DNA of 64,000 nucleotides from Neocallimastix sp. 'constans' (Eukaryota), in the NCBI GenBank assembly GCA_050613775.1, contig JBODTK010000159.1:310001-374000 (forward strand), written 5' to 3'. Under the pieces are notes generated by a model. That model saw only the letters and a program-made list of their open reading frames with translations, searched no databases and was not told the DNA's origin. Of this stretch, positions 61,700-64,000 are shown piece after piece (the stretch's first letter is position 1; each line of letters starts with the position of its first letter). The translations under genes and the position numbers were made by a program.

Positions 61700-62325
61700 A
61701 ATCAGTTAAACAATCAAACCATAAATTAATAATATTATTTCTATCACATTTAGCATCAATTAACATGGCTTTAATATTTTTGTAGCGTTCAATTAAGACA
61801 CTGATTTCATTCGCTTTATTTATTGCTCTTTTTTTTTATTTTCCAAATTCCTCTTATTTTTCTTTGAAAATCATAATATGATAAATGTTTAAGTTCATTT
61901 AATTTATCTATTAATTCATAATAAGATGGTTTTGTTGGACATAAATTATTTAAATAATTATTTAGTGATTCTGAGGCATTGTTTGTTATATATTCCATAT
62001 TATTATAATATTTCCAAATTTTCATATCATAAACAACTAAATATCTAAATATGTTTTACAAAAATATTCTAAAAATTTTTAAAAATTGACAATAATTATT
62101 TTTAATGGATTTAATTTTAATTATAACATAAATATTAAATATGTATTCAGGATTTATAAATGGTAAATTTGAAATAGCTTTATAATAAATGAATATATTA
62201 ATATTATTTTTTACTTCATTATAGCATAATTTATTTTTTTTTTAATTTCTAGTGATTTTTTATAATGCCAAATACAATATTTGATATTTTTATTAGGAAA
62301 TATTGTTTTTTGCTGCTTTAGATAT
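61700..62325 (-). mobile_element. Mutator-like (MULE) transposase remnant (pseudogene)
   Basis: The minus strand reads ISKAAKTIFPNKNIKYCIWHYKKSL (CxxH motif) and, after frameshifts or stops, IWKYYNNMEYITNNASESLNNYLN (TNNxxES, catalytic Glu region). Confidence 0.8.
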
Positions 62326-62399
62326 TATTCATGATATTAATTTCGAAAAATTAATTTTTCAATTATTTGTAAAATAAAATAAAATAAAATCAATAAATA

Positions 62400-63190
62400 A
62401 ATAAAGAATGTAATAATATAAGTACAAGTATATAAAATAAAATAAAATATAATAAAATAAAATAAACTGTAGAAATATAAAGTACAGATTGAATAAAATA
62501 AAATAAAATATAATAAAATAAAATAAACTGTAGAAATATAAAGTACAGATTGAATAAAATAAAATAAAATAAATTGCAGAAATATAAAGTACAGATTGAA
62601 TAAAATAAATAGTAAAATATAAATATAAAGTACAGATTGAATAAAATAAATAGTAAAATATAAATATAAAGTACAGATTGAATAAAATAAATAGTAAAAT
62701 ATAAATATAAAGTACAGATTGAATAAAATAAATAGTAAAATATAAATATAAAGTACAGATTGAATTGAATAAAATAAAATAAAATAAATATGTGAATGAC
62801 AATAAAAGTATATAAATAAAATAAATATTTATTAATATTTTTTATTAAAGAATATTAAAGACAATTTATTTTTAAAAATAAAATGTTTTTTTTTTTTTTT
62901 AATTATATATGTTAGAAAACTAAAAAACTAATTTATATTTAATGAGATTATTAACAATCAATAATACTGTTTTATATATTAAATTACATCATTAATTAAA
63001 TATAATAAAAATGTAAAAAAATTTTCATTTCAAAAACATTGATCTTTAATATTCTTAAATAAAAAATAATAATAGATATTTATTTTATTTTATTTTATTT
63101 ATTTTATTCAATCTGTACTTTATATTTATATTTCAACTAATTATTTTATTTTAATTTTATTTTATTTTATATACTTATATGTTACGTATA
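62400..63190. mobile_element. Foldback/MITE-like element: tandem ~41-bp units on the left and an inverted single unit on the right
   Basis: AAATATAAAGTACAGATTGAATAAAATAAA occurs about 7 times (62472-62770). Its reverse complement TTTTATTCAATCTGTACTTTATATTT lies at ~63102-63127. Confidence 0.6.
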
Positions 63191-63540
63191 TTACGATACC
63201 AGAACTCAAAATTCTTCGATTCAAGGCGATCATTTTTGGGAAGAGCAATATCAATTTTAGACATTGTAAAATGAGACTCTTAATCTAATAGAAAATAGAA
63301 TAAGTAGATAATTTGTTTTTATAGTATAAACTTTATTTATTATTAAAATATTTATATACATTTGGAATTTACAAATATTTACAAATTTAGAAAATTATAT
63401 TACTATTTCTACTAAATGTGGCTCATAAAAATATAACAAAAATTTTCATAACAGAAAATAATAAAACAATGAAAAATTAATTTTAATTTATTTTAAATTA
63501 ATTTTCTTTATATAACTTAACAAAAATAGAATATAATAAT

Positions 63541-63683
63541 AAAAATTAAAATTAAAATTAAAATTAAAATTAAAATTAAAACTAAAATTAAAATTAAAAT
63601 TAAAATTAAAATCAAAATTAAAATTAAAATTAAAATTAAAATTAAAATCAAAATTAAAATTAAAATTAAAATTAAAATTAAAA
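63541..63683. repeat. (AAATTA)n hexamer array
   Basis: Directly visible. Confidence 0.9.
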
Positions 63684-63964
63684 TGTATAAATTTAATTAA
63701 TATAATTAAATTTAATTTATAATAAAAAAAATATTTCCGTAAAAAAAAAAAAAAAGATCAAAAATGATGATTAAAAATTATACGGTATACTATTATAAAA
63801 TTTTTAAAATATTCCAAATTATCCTAAATTTAGTTAATATTTAGTAGTACATATTGTTGTAACGATTAAATAGTTGAATAATAGATTCATTCATGTGAAA
63901 AACATCTCAAATAAATATTTATATTTAAAATTTTAAATATAATTTTTTAATTATATATATATAA

Positions 63965-63995
<31 letters not shown>

Positions 63996-64000
63996 TATCA

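Noticed and set aside
62472..62770. Regularly spaced ~41-bp repeats as a CRISPR array
   Set aside because: There are no unique spacers, the context is eukaryotic and no cas genes are present; it is a tandem repeat.

Overview
Extremely AT-rich, intron- and microsatellite-rich eukaryotic DNA. A fungal (CBM10-type) dockerin, a secreted CotH protein and intronless CAZyme genes point to an anaerobic gut fungus (Neocallimastigomycota); this is an inference. Genes reconstructed by hand: the 3' end of a small heat-shock protein; a 3-exon S-adenosylmethionine synthetase; an 18-exon acylamino-acid-releasing (S9) peptidase with micro-exons; a dockerin-GH45 endoglucanase; a 9-exon LRR single-pass membrane protein with one LRR per exon; a CotH kinase; and a GH31 alpha-glucosidase with three trefoil domains plus a CBM26-like module. 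Between them lie two decayed non-LTR retrotransposon fragments, a Mutator-like transposase remnant, MITE/foldback-like elements, inverted and direct duplications, and long simple repeats. The most notable observation is a GC-enriched segment at the start of SAM synthetase intron 1. It can base-pair in mutually exclusive ways around a non-consensus 5' splice site, making it a candidate splicing-level SAM feedback switch. This rests on manual pairing only and is untested.
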